DNA of 36,236 bases from a virus (taxonomy: Duplodnaviria > Caudoviricetes): the IMG/VR virus record IMGVR_UViG_3300028588_000057, positions 1 to 36,236 of that record; one strand, written 5' to 3'. Below are positions 25,371 to 33,152 of this stretch, piece by piece. Within the stretch, counting starts at the first letter, position 1. Every line of letters begins with the position of its first letter. A program made the position numbers and the translations under genes. The notes below the pieces were generated by a model. The model was not told the origin of the DNA and made no database searches. It worked only from the letters and a program-made list of their open reading frames with translations.

Positions 25371-25972
25371 TGCACGCAGATGAATTCCTGAATGAAGATA
25401 AGATCCACATTATGGTGGACATTGAGACTACTGGGGTTGAAGCAGGCTCAGGTATTTGGCAGATCGGTGCAGTGGTAATGGATGAGTGTTTGCATACCCA
25501 GCCACATACCTTTCTCATGACTGTTAATCCAGTGCTGGTTCTAGCAGCTGATTCTAAATATACGTCCAGCGTAGACACGTTACTTTGGCAGCTCCAAAAG
25601 AATTCAGATAACTGGGCATTTGCGCTAGAACAAAGTCCTGTTGAAGGTTCCAGTTGGGGATTCACTCCTACCAAGTCCATGCTAGTAAATCTGTGTGATT
25701 GGCTCATGGGGTTTAATTACGCAGAGATTGAGCTGTATTCTCGTGGTAGCTTTGACTTCCAGCTGCTTCGTGCGGCATTTGCAATTGAAGGCCTTACTTG
25801 CCCTTGGAAATACTATCAGGAGAATGATCAACGTACTCTTAGCAAGTGGACTAGCTATAACCGGGAGACTGCCAGTCCAAGTCACAATGCTTTGGACGAT
25901 GCTATCCAGCAGGCTAAAGTAATTATGCATTTGCTGGAGACTCTGAAGCAGTACAAAGCTAACGCTGTGTGA
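25370..25972 (+). CDS. DEDDh 3'-5' exonuclease (DUF5051-like)
   Basis: HIMVDIETTG, FDFQLL, DQRT, HNALDDA. Confidence 0.85.
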   Translation: MHADEFLNEDKIHIMVDIETTGVEAGSGIWQIGAVVMDECLHTQPHTFLMTVNPVLVLAADSKYTSSVDTLLWQLQKNSDNWAFALEQSPVEGSSWGFTPTKSMLVNLCDWLMGFNYAEIELYSRGSFDFQLLRAAFAIEGLTCPWKYYQENDQRTLSKWTSYNRETASPSHNALDDAIQQAKVIMHLLETLKQYKANAV

Positions 25973-26072
25973 TCCCATGTCTAAATGGGAAATCTGGTTC
26001 AACGGGTTTACCGTAGGAGTGCTGAGCTAGCAACTCCTATTCTTCCTCACCTACACTCAGTAAGGAATTGAT

Positions 26073-26588
26073 ATGAACGATCTGATTGATATTGCAAAAG
26101 ATGTTGACGGTTTCCGTGATGGCCAACTCGGCTTTAAGATTGACCCTGTAAGCGGTGACTATCACTATTATCTCTGGACTGCCAAGAAGGCTCAGGATCC
26201 TAAAGCTACTGAACCAGCTATGCATTGGGTGTTTAAGGGTAACCAAACTTGGTACGATTGCTACATTAGCAAGCAAATCTTTTCCCCTGCACAACGTGAT
26301 GAGCTAGCAGGTCAGACAGCTAACTTCACTCGAGTCCCGGCTGAGGAACCTAGTACCTTTGACCAGAACAAGCAAGCAGTAGATATTAAAGGTTACCGAG
26401 TTCTGAGCGACCAAGAGAAGGAAACTATTAATTACCTTAAAGTATTGGAACAAGAACTTCTTAATTACCTGGATGCTGCTAAAGCTGAGCCTGGCACCAA
26501 CCAACGCAGCCTGGCACTAGGAGTTACTAACATCCAGCAAGGTTTCATGTGGGCTATTCGTGCAATTGCTCGGCCTAATGGAGAGTGA
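26073..26588 (+). CDS. acb2: Acb2-like anti-CBASS cyclic-nucleotide sponge fused to an unknown N-terminal domain
   Basis: C-terminal IKGYRVLS..E...IN..K...R.LALG.T.IQQGFMWAIRAIARP matches the Acb2 signature as recalled; TAAGGA RBS. Confidence 0.85.
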   Translation: MNDLIDIAKDVDGFRDGQLGFKIDPVSGDYHYYLWTAKKAQDPKATEPAMHWVFKGNQTWYDCYISKQIFSPAQRDELAGQTANFTRVPAEEPSTFDQNKQAVDIKGYRVLSDQEKETINYLKVLEQELLNYLDAAKAEPGTNQRSLALGVTNIQQGFMWAIRAIARPNGE

Positions 26589-26589
26589 G

Positions 26590-26787
26590 ATGGCTACTCA
26601 GTTTGTTTGCCAGAAGTGTAGGCAACAAGGGACTTGGCTTAAAAGAGTCACGCCTATTGGGACCATTGCTATCTGGGAGTGCCGCCCTTATTGCGGGGCC
26701 AAGATGAGTACTGACGAAGCCGTAGTAGCTGCGGTAGAATTGGATACTTCTTTAGTCAAAATGAATCCTGAACCTAAGGAAGACTGA
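26590..26787 (+). CDS. small Zn-ribbon-like protein
   Basis: Start moved to ATG 26590 (GGAG RBS); CQKC...CRPYC. Confidence 0.65.
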   Translation: MATQFVCQKCRQQGTWLKRVTPIGTIAIWECRPYCGAKMSTDEAVVAAVELDTSLVKMNPEPKED

Positions 26788-26788
26788 G

Positions 26789-27250
26789 ATGCCCACACTA
26801 GAGTACGTAAAGAAACCTGTTAAGGTACGTGCCTGGCAACTGCCTGAGGAGCCAGATCATACCCGTGAGATTCCTCAGTGGGTAGTCCAGAACCTGATGG
26901 CAGGGACATTCAAGGCAGGTCACAATGGCAGTATCGTGGTTACTACTAACCATGGTCCAGTACATGTCAAACCTGGTGAGTGGCTGCTGCAATCTGGAGC
27001 TGGAGAGTACTACCCCTGCACTGACGAAGTGTTTAAAACCAATTACGTGCTAGCTCCCACTACTGCACGTGAGCGTGTTACACTGGAAAAGCTGGAACTC
27101 CAGGAAAAGCTAGCTGCAGTAGAGAAGTTCATTACTAGTCCAGAGTTTGCGGGTATGCCTAAAGCTTCGCAAGACTTGTTCTTTAAGCAAGTCGAAGCTA
27201 TGCAATACTACGAATCTGTACTGACTCAGCGGTTAACTGACCTGGGTTAA
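26789..27250 (+). CDS. two-domain protein (KKPV/PGDYG-like domain plus crAss001_48-like helical hairpin); candidate anti-defence sponge
   Basis: YVKKPV.V.AWQ...PGEWL...GEYYPC..EVF...Y, then ERV..E..EL.EKL.....FI....F.......L...Q..AM..Y..VL..R. Confidence 0.7.
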   Translation: MPTLEYVKKPVKVRAWQLPEEPDHTREIPQWVVQNLMAGTFKAGHNGSIVVTTNHGPVHVKPGEWLLQSGAGEYYPCTDEVFKTNYVLAPTTARERVTLEKLELQEKLAAVEKFITSPEFAGMPKASQDLFFKQVEAMQYYESVLTQRLTDLG

Positions 27251-27282
27251 CACTCCCCTCAATCCTATCTTAGGAGATCCTA

Positions 27283-27513
27283 ATGGATTACAATGCAGCA
27301 ATCAAGGAACTGACTGAAGGCAAGAGCATTGCCCGTGCTAGTGCCGAGCCTGGTACTTACATGAAATTTGGTATGGACCCTGCAGCTAGCCACACGGCCG
27401 GGCCGCCATTCATCTTTACCAAGTCCACTCCACCAGTGGTCTACATGCCAACTCACGAAGATGCTTCCGCAGATGATTGGGAAGTGTTGGGTGAAACTGA
27501 AGGCGACGAGTAA
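27283..27513 (+). CDS. tad2: Tad2-like (DUF2829) Thoeris anti-defence sponge
   Basis: MDYNAAIKELTEGKSIAR...YMPTHEDASADDWEV matches the DUF2829 pattern (F..A...L..G..V.R ... W.PS..D..A.DW) but is divergent. Confidence 0.7.
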   Translation: MDYNAAIKELTEGKSIARASAEPGTYMKFGMDPAASHTAGPPFIFTKSTPPVVYMPTHEDASADDWEVLGETEGDE

Positions 27514-27515
27514 AT

Positions 27516-27554
27516 AAAAAGCCCCCTTGGATTATGAGTCCTTGGGGGCTTTTT
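27516..27554. terminator. bidirectional intrinsic terminator between the convergent arms
   Basis: AAAAAGCCCCC-TT-GGA...TCC-TT-GGGGGCTTTTT. Confidence 0.9.
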
Positions 27555-27574
27555 GTCGTCCAGAGATTTAGAGC

Positions 27575-28240
27575 TTAATTCTTACTACTCAAGCCTTGCC
27601 TAAACAAGAATGAATTAACTACGTCCATCAAACCTTGAGGGGTCTCAGTCATACGAGGGCTGCTAATAAACTTGCCGCCTAAGTCTTCATTAATCCACTG
27701 AGCAAACTCTGGGTTCATCTCCATTAACTTACCTACATTAGGATCAACCTTATGTCCAGAGTCTTTAGCCATCTTATAGGATGCGGCGTTAGCTCTTACT
27801 TCCTCAAAGTTACCGCTGCTGGAACTGGCAAGACCAAGATTGGTAGCATCTGTCAGCATCTTATCAATCATCATCATGCTCTTATATCTCCGGTCAAGAG
27901 CGTTGTTCTCATTGATAACTCCTGACTGCACCATGTCATTCTGGAATACCATGTCAGGTCTACTAGTTCCGGTATCCTGCTGAGCATGAGTCAGTTCATG
28001 AAGTAGGGTCTCCATGAATTCTCCACCTAACTGACCCCGAAGCTTAACATTCTTATCTTTTAAATTGTAAGCTCCGAGTGTGTTCCAGCCCCTACCAGGA
28101 ATACTATACTCATTAACAGTAACTGGCACAGAAGGAGGTGCGTTAGTGAGAAGTCTAGCCAGACCAATTAATCCCGCCAGATCTTCCGGAGATGGGTTAC
28201 CATCACTAACTCTAGAAGGGGGTTTCTTCTTATCAGCCAT
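27575..28240 (-). CDS. putative zinc metallopeptidase (HExxH)
   Basis: TLLHELTHAQQ plus downstream EEVRA; GAGG RBS; last gene of the virion operon. Confidence 0.65.
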   Translation of the reverse strand: MADKKKPPSRVSDGNPSPEDLAGLIGLARLLTNAPPSVPVTVNEYSIPGRGWNTLGAYNLKDKNVKLRGQLGGEFMETLLHELTHAQQDTGTSRPDMVFQNDMVQSGVINENNALDRRYKSMMMIDKMLTDATNLGLASSSSGNFEEVRANAASYKMAKDSGHKVDPNVGKLMEMNPEFAQWINEDLGGKFISSPRMTETPQGLMDVVNSFLFRQGLSSKN

Positions 28241-28249
28241 TAGCTACCT

Positions 28250-31200
28250 CTAATTAGTATAAAGCATCTGGTCATTCTCATCCATACCGCCCATAAGCAA
28301 CTGCATCCTACGGGCATATGGATCACTCAGTTTCTGCCTAGCCAACTCAGCTTGACTAGTAGTAGCTCGAGTCATCTGGTTCATCATCCATTTATTAAAT
28401 CCAGCTTGCTTACCACCGGACTCAACATACTTCTCCATGAATTCAGAACCCACATCAGCATCTTGATCTGCTGCAAACATACGAGCTGCTTGCACACCCA
28501 ATGCTTTGCGTCGCTCAATATCAGCACTTCGATACTGATTAGTGCGCCACATCTGATCTCGTGCTACTGCTTCATCCAGTGGGCGGCCACCAGCTAAGCG
28601 GCCGAGAGTTGCCAGCGACATGAAATCATTAGCCGAGAGCAAGTTCCCTGCCTTGTCAGTACTGTAGACTTTACCAGATCCATCAGTGCCAGCACGCAGC
28701 ACTTGAGCAAGACCTGACAGTGGCCGGTTAACTGAGTTATGTTCCAAGCCAGTCAGCAGACTATTCCAGACTCCTACACCCCCAGCTACATTAGAGACTG
28801 TCTGCTTCAAATTCCCAAAGAACTGGGCAGTCTTAGCAATCACAGGCAAATCAGCAACAGAGCTAGGCACTACAGTAGGATGCTGAGGAGTCAGGTCACC
28901 ACGAGTGAACAAGTTAACATTGAGCAGATTACTAGGAGCACCATACATAATCCACTCAGCAGCATCAGGACCTGCACCAGCAAAGACACTAGAGTAAATG
29001 TCATTGTGCTGATTGTTACCTGCTGCTTGCCCAATGATGTAATCATTCATGAGCTGGAATCCAGGCAGGCCATTAAGGCCATAGAAGCTACCTTGCATTC
29101 CCGCCAACATGGCTGCTGACTTCTGCGCACCAGGCTGAATGTACCGCATCATTTGCTGCATCATGTTAAACTGGTAAGACTGGAACAGACCAATGGCCAT
29201 ACCAATAGGACCTTGGAACAGCTGAGGACGCTGAACAGCATTCAGGTTAACTTGAGTACGGTTAACAAATGTGTTCTGAATAACACGCACCTCTCTGGCA
29301 TCCACTACGCCAGCCTTAACCGCTACTTCCCCAATCAAACCAGCAACTCGCCAGGCTACGAAACGGTTAAGTGATTCTACCATCTCGTTACCCGTGATCA
29401 CTCCACCTTTCTCACCCAGCCACTTAGCTCCATCTACCATCTTACGCATCTTGCTGCTCAGCTGAGCACCTGTCTCATTGCCAGTAAGACTCAGGTCATC
29501 TACCATTCCACGAGCAGCAGTCAGGGAATCAGTTACGAATCCCAGTCGCTTGGCTTCAGCTAGTAGCTCAGGCCGTTGCCAGAAATCCTGGAAGGCACGA
29601 GCCATTAGCTTAGAGGGAGCCAGTATCGAGTCCCCAGTACCAGGCACCTTGACTTTGGCCAGGGCCGCCAACTCACCTGCCGACTCAACGTTCCCTTTCA
29701 TAATCCCATCAGTCAGAGTCTTAAGCTCAGTACTGGTAAGAATGAGAGAACCCAGCTTATTATTAACTGCATTCAGCCAGTCCAGTCGCAGGAAGGTAGT
29801 TGCCAAGAACCCCTGAGTAGCACGCACAAACTTACTGAGCATTGCTTGACCAGCAGGATGGTTAACGTGAGCATGAAGCATGGCAGTGTAAGGAGCTGTC
29901 TGGAAACCGTGCTCTTTGAACACATTGCTAATAGCTTCGAGATCCTCAACAGACCTGGACTTCTGAAGCATACTAGCACCACGATTCCACAAGCCAGTCA
30001 CTGCACTATCAGCCCATTGGTTAGCAGTATGCAGCATCCCGTAGTCCGATTCCCTGGACACGTTCAATGCCAACTTGATCATATCCAGATACGGATTCTC
30101 TTTGGATGCAGTTACCAACTCATGCATACTGGTATACTGTGCTGAGTCCAGGCTGCTATACTCACGACCTTTCAGCTCCAGCTCCCGGAATGCCTGCTCA
30201 TACTTAGTGCCAACAATCTCACGATTCATCTTACGAGCTTGCTGGTTATGCCAAGTCAGGAGTTCATCGGCAATAAAGTTACCATCAGTGCGTGGTACGA
30301 ATGGAGAGTTGATACCCCGACTTGCCAGATTGGAGTCAATGTAATCTTCTCGAATTGTCTTGCTAGCTTCATAGTCACCCAATGCTTTGTGGTAATCACG
30401 GGACTCATAATTGGTAACAACACGATACTCAGGAAAGTTAGCATTGATATCTGCCTTCATCTTCTGCAGCGCATCTCTGGTAGCCGCATGGATCATAGTA
30501 GTCTGACCAGCACCAGTCAGGGTAGGATCTGATACCAAAGCAAAGTGCTTGAATCGCTTAGGATCAGGCTTAGGGAAATACACTACTTCAGGATCAATAG
30601 CAGACTCTTTACCCTGGCTAGAGAGCAGTCCCTTACGAGCCTCAATTCGGCTAGAATTCAGTTGACCAGATCGGCTAATAAGTTCCTTGACTTCAGGACT
30701 ATTGATCTTGATACGTTCTTCAACTCCAGGTGGAATGGTAGGGAACTTAGGAACTGAGTCACCCGCAGCTACTGCTTTCTCGTAATCCCGTACCGAGCGC
30801 AGTACAAGGCCACCTTCTTCCTGTACGTAAGCCTGAGCTGATCGTTGCACCTTAGCTGCTACTACACCATACTCAGCAGCAGCCGCAGTATTACCACGGA
30901 TTAGATCCAGGCTGGACTTAAGGAACTCGGCATTCTGACCTTGCAGGGTGCTATCCAGCTTGGATACAGTATTACCAATGTACTGGAGCTTAGCAGTCGG
31001 GGACATATAATTCCCGTTAACAAAGCTGATCAGGCCACCACCTTCCGGGCCAAATCGATTCACTGCCAGAGCCACTTCATTAAGGGAGCTTGCATCCAAC
31101 AGGGAATCAATCAGGGCTTTATATTTATTATCAGGACCACCAAGAATAGCCCCAGTAGAAGCCACTGCATTATCAATTCCATCCTGAGCAACCTTCCTGT

Positions 31201-33136
31201 ACCCTTCAGTCATCAGCTCACCATCTGCACGCAGCTCGAAGTTGGCATCTCCTTCCCGCTTAGCAACCTTCATTCCCATGTACTGAGGACGATGGAAGAG
31301 CTGAGCATGGTTATCGAGTTCCAGTTCCTTAGCAAGTTTCTGCCGATAGAACATGTCATCAATCTTGGTTGGGCTAACTTCCAAACCAGTCACATAGCCA
31401 GGAGAGATATTAAGACGCTCCGAGATTTCATGCGGATCCATCTTAGCAGCCACCATCTCTTCACGCATCCGCTCCTTATTCTGCATGATGGCATCACGAA
31501 GCTCACTAGCAGTACGGACCTCAGCATCAACTCGACCGCGAGGAGTCATGAGCTTGATACCATTAGGTACAGTAGTAACATCAGTGCTATTCTCAAGAGT
31601 CTTAAGCAGAGCTTCTTGGGCAGGAATGTCCTCGTAGCCCAGGCTAATTGGCTTCTTGAAATTGAAATTAAAGCCTTCTTCAGCAGCCCGGAGATAGCGC
31701 AACTGAACTGTTTCCAGAGCCACAGAGCTAAGGGATACTCGTACTTCCTCACGCAGGGTGGGATTGGACTTAACCATCATGCGCTTAATAGCATCCTCAA
31801 TGGATTCACTGCCCTTAGTAACTACAGTGTCCGCCAAGGGCAATGCCTTAGGCAAATTGACTTGCTCAAGAATGTCTCCCTTACCAGCTCCATACAAGCG
31901 AGCAAAGGTCCAACCTTCTTCAGGCTGAGTTACTTTAGCCAGCACACTGCCACCGACATCATCCGCGATAGTCGCAGTATTTACGACTTTGGGAACAGCA
32001 GCCACGCGACCAACTTTATCCAGGCCAAGACTAAACGCTTGCGCACTACGGTTTTCCATGCCAATAATTTGGTCAGCATAGTAATTCCCCAGATCATTAG
32101 CCTTGCCAGTTTCTCGAGATACTCGAGGCATGCTGGTGCTAGCTTCACTATTCAATCCACGAAGCTCAGTGCGCAACTGGTTATCAATGGACTGCCTAGT
32201 AGTACGAGCCGCAGCAGCATTGCTGTTAATAATATCCGGAGTCTCACCTTGTGGGTTAGCCAGGAAATCATCAATGGCTTGGCGATTCTTAAAACCTACA
32301 TACATCTTAACATCAGCAGGTATAGCACTAGGCATAGCTTGTTGGTATCGAGCCACTTGACCAGCTTCATCCAGCCTAGTAGTCTCCTTCATAATCCCCC
32401 GCTTAACTCCAGGAATTGCAAGTGCGCCGCCGAGGACAGCACCGAGACCGACACCAACAGCCATGTTAGCAATGATGTCTCCAGTATCCATGTCATCAAA
32501 GAATGGAGCCTGGTGCATAGTGCCGAGAACAGCTACTTCAAAGGCAGCAGCTTCTAAAGCATTTTGATGAAACTTAGAGCCAACAGCTTTCAGTACTTCT
32601 CGCTGAGTCAGCTTAAAGCCCTCAGTACGAGCAGCCATCTGGACAGCAGCTTTGTTAATCAGAGCTTCAGTCTTAGGCACCAGCAAGCCAGTAGCCCAGC
32701 TCATACCTTTGCCCATATTACCAGTAGAGGCTGCAACTGTTAGGGCTTTCTGGCCCATGTTCAGTGCCTTAACTCCACCCAAGCCAGGAATAAAGCTGGT
32801 TGCAACAAAGCCCCAGGTATCAATGCTATCTGCATTTTCCCGGTAATACTTACCCCAGTCAGTGTCGTACTCATTGATCCACTTACCAAAGTTAAGAGCT
32901 TTACTCTTTTCATCAGCAGACTGGAACAGGTTACCAATAGAAACGAATCCATTGGCCATGCTGGTAACTCCGGATCCAATAGCCATACCCCAGAAACGAG
33001 GAGCATTGCTAATGGAATCCAGAATACCAGTCTCTCTACTAGTAGCCATTGAATGGATACCAGCAGCTTGCATATACATTGGAGCTGAGGTAGTTTCCCC
33101 AGGCTCCCCAGCATCAGCGATATCTTCGAGTGCCAT
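28250..33136 (-). CDS. large internal virion (ejection) protein
   Basis: 1628 aa, largely helical with Gly-rich hydrophobic segments; position typical of podovirus core proteins; no enzyme motif recognised. Confidence 0.7.
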   Translation of the reverse strand: MALEDIADAGEPGETTSAPMYMQAAGIHSMATSRETGILDSISNAPRFWGMAIGSGVTSMANGFVSIGNLFQSADEKSKALNFGKWINEYDTDWGKYYRENADSIDTWGFVATSFIPGLGGVKALNMGQKALTVAASTGNMGKGMSWATGLLVPKTEALINKAAVQMAARTEGFKLTQREVLKAVGSKFHQNALEAAAFEVAVLGTMHQAPFFDDMDTGDIIANMAVGVGLGAVLGGALAIPGVKRGIMKETTRLDEAGQVARYQQAMPSAIPADVKMYVGFKNRQAIDDFLANPQGETPDIINSNAAAARTTRQSIDNQLRTELRGLNSEASTSMPRVSRETGKANDLGNYYADQIIGMENRSAQAFSLGLDKVGRVAAVPKVVNTATIADDVGGSVLAKVTQPEEGWTFARLYGAGKGDILEQVNLPKALPLADTVVTKGSESIEDAIKRMMVKSNPTLREEVRVSLSSVALETVQLRYLRAAEEGFNFNFKKPISLGYEDIPAQEALLKTLENSTDVTTVPNGIKLMTPRGRVDAEVRTASELRDAIMQNKERMREEMVAAKMDPHEISERLNISPGYVTGLEVSPTKIDDMFYRQKLAKELELDNHAQLFHRPQYMGMKVAKREGDANFELRADGELMTEGYRKVAQDGIDNAVASTGAILGGPDNKYKALIDSLLDASSLNEVALAVNRFGPEGGGLISFVNGNYMSPTAKLQYIGNTVSKLDSTLQGQNAEFLKSSLDLIRGNTAAAAEYGVVAAKVQRSAQAYVQEEGGLVLRSVRDYEKAVAAGDSVPKFPTIPPGVEERIKINSPEVKELISRSGQLNSSRIEARKGLLSSQGKESAIDPEVVYFPKPDPKRFKHFALVSDPTLTGAGQTTMIHAATRDALQKMKADINANFPEYRVVTNYESRDYHKALGDYEASKTIREDYIDSNLASRGINSPFVPRTDGNFIADELLTWHNQQARKMNREIVGTKYEQAFRELELKGREYSSLDSAQYTSMHELVTASKENPYLDMIKLALNVSRESDYGMLHTANQWADSAVTGLWNRGASMLQKSRSVEDLEAISNVFKEHGFQTAPYTAMLHAHVNHPAGQAMLSKFVRATQGFLATTFLRLDWLNAVNNKLGSLILTSTELKTLTDGIMKGNVESAGELAALAKVKVPGTGDSILAPSKLMARAFQDFWQRPELLAEAKRLGFVTDSLTAARGMVDDLSLTGNETGAQLSSKMRKMVDGAKWLGEKGGVITGNEMVESLNRFVAWRVAGLIGEVAVKAGVVDAREVRVIQNTFVNRTQVNLNAVQRPQLFQGPIGMAIGLFQSYQFNMMQQMMRYIQPGAQKSAAMLAGMQGSFYGLNGLPGFQLMNDYIIGQAAGNNQHNDIYSSVFAGAGPDAAEWIMYGAPSNLLNVNLFTRGDLTPQHPTVVPSSVADLPVIAKTAQFFGNLKQTVSNVAGGVGVWNSLLTGLEHNSVNRPLSGLAQVLRAGTDGSGKVYSTDKAGNLLSANDFMSLATLGRLAGGRPLDEAVARDQMWRTNQYRSADIERRKALGVQAARMFAADQDADVGSEFMEKYVESGGKQAGFNKWMMNQMTRATTSQAELARQKLSDPYARRMQLLMGGMDENDQMLYTN

Positions 33137-33152
33137 ATTAGTTGCCTATCCT

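Noticed and set aside
2415-26030. Genome-wide amber (TAG) recoding
   Set aside because: Long genes are intact under the standard code and TAG ends terL, 5566..5814 and 17909..18715 at plausible positions; only one tiny ORF is interrupted.
30941-32557. 538-aa plus-strand ORF
   Set aside because: Fully antisense to the 1628-aa virion gene, with Ser/His/Ile-rich shadow composition, a TTG start and no RBS; consistent with a codon-bias artefact. The same applies to the other antisense ORFs in the track (e.g. 34113..34859, 14808..15467).
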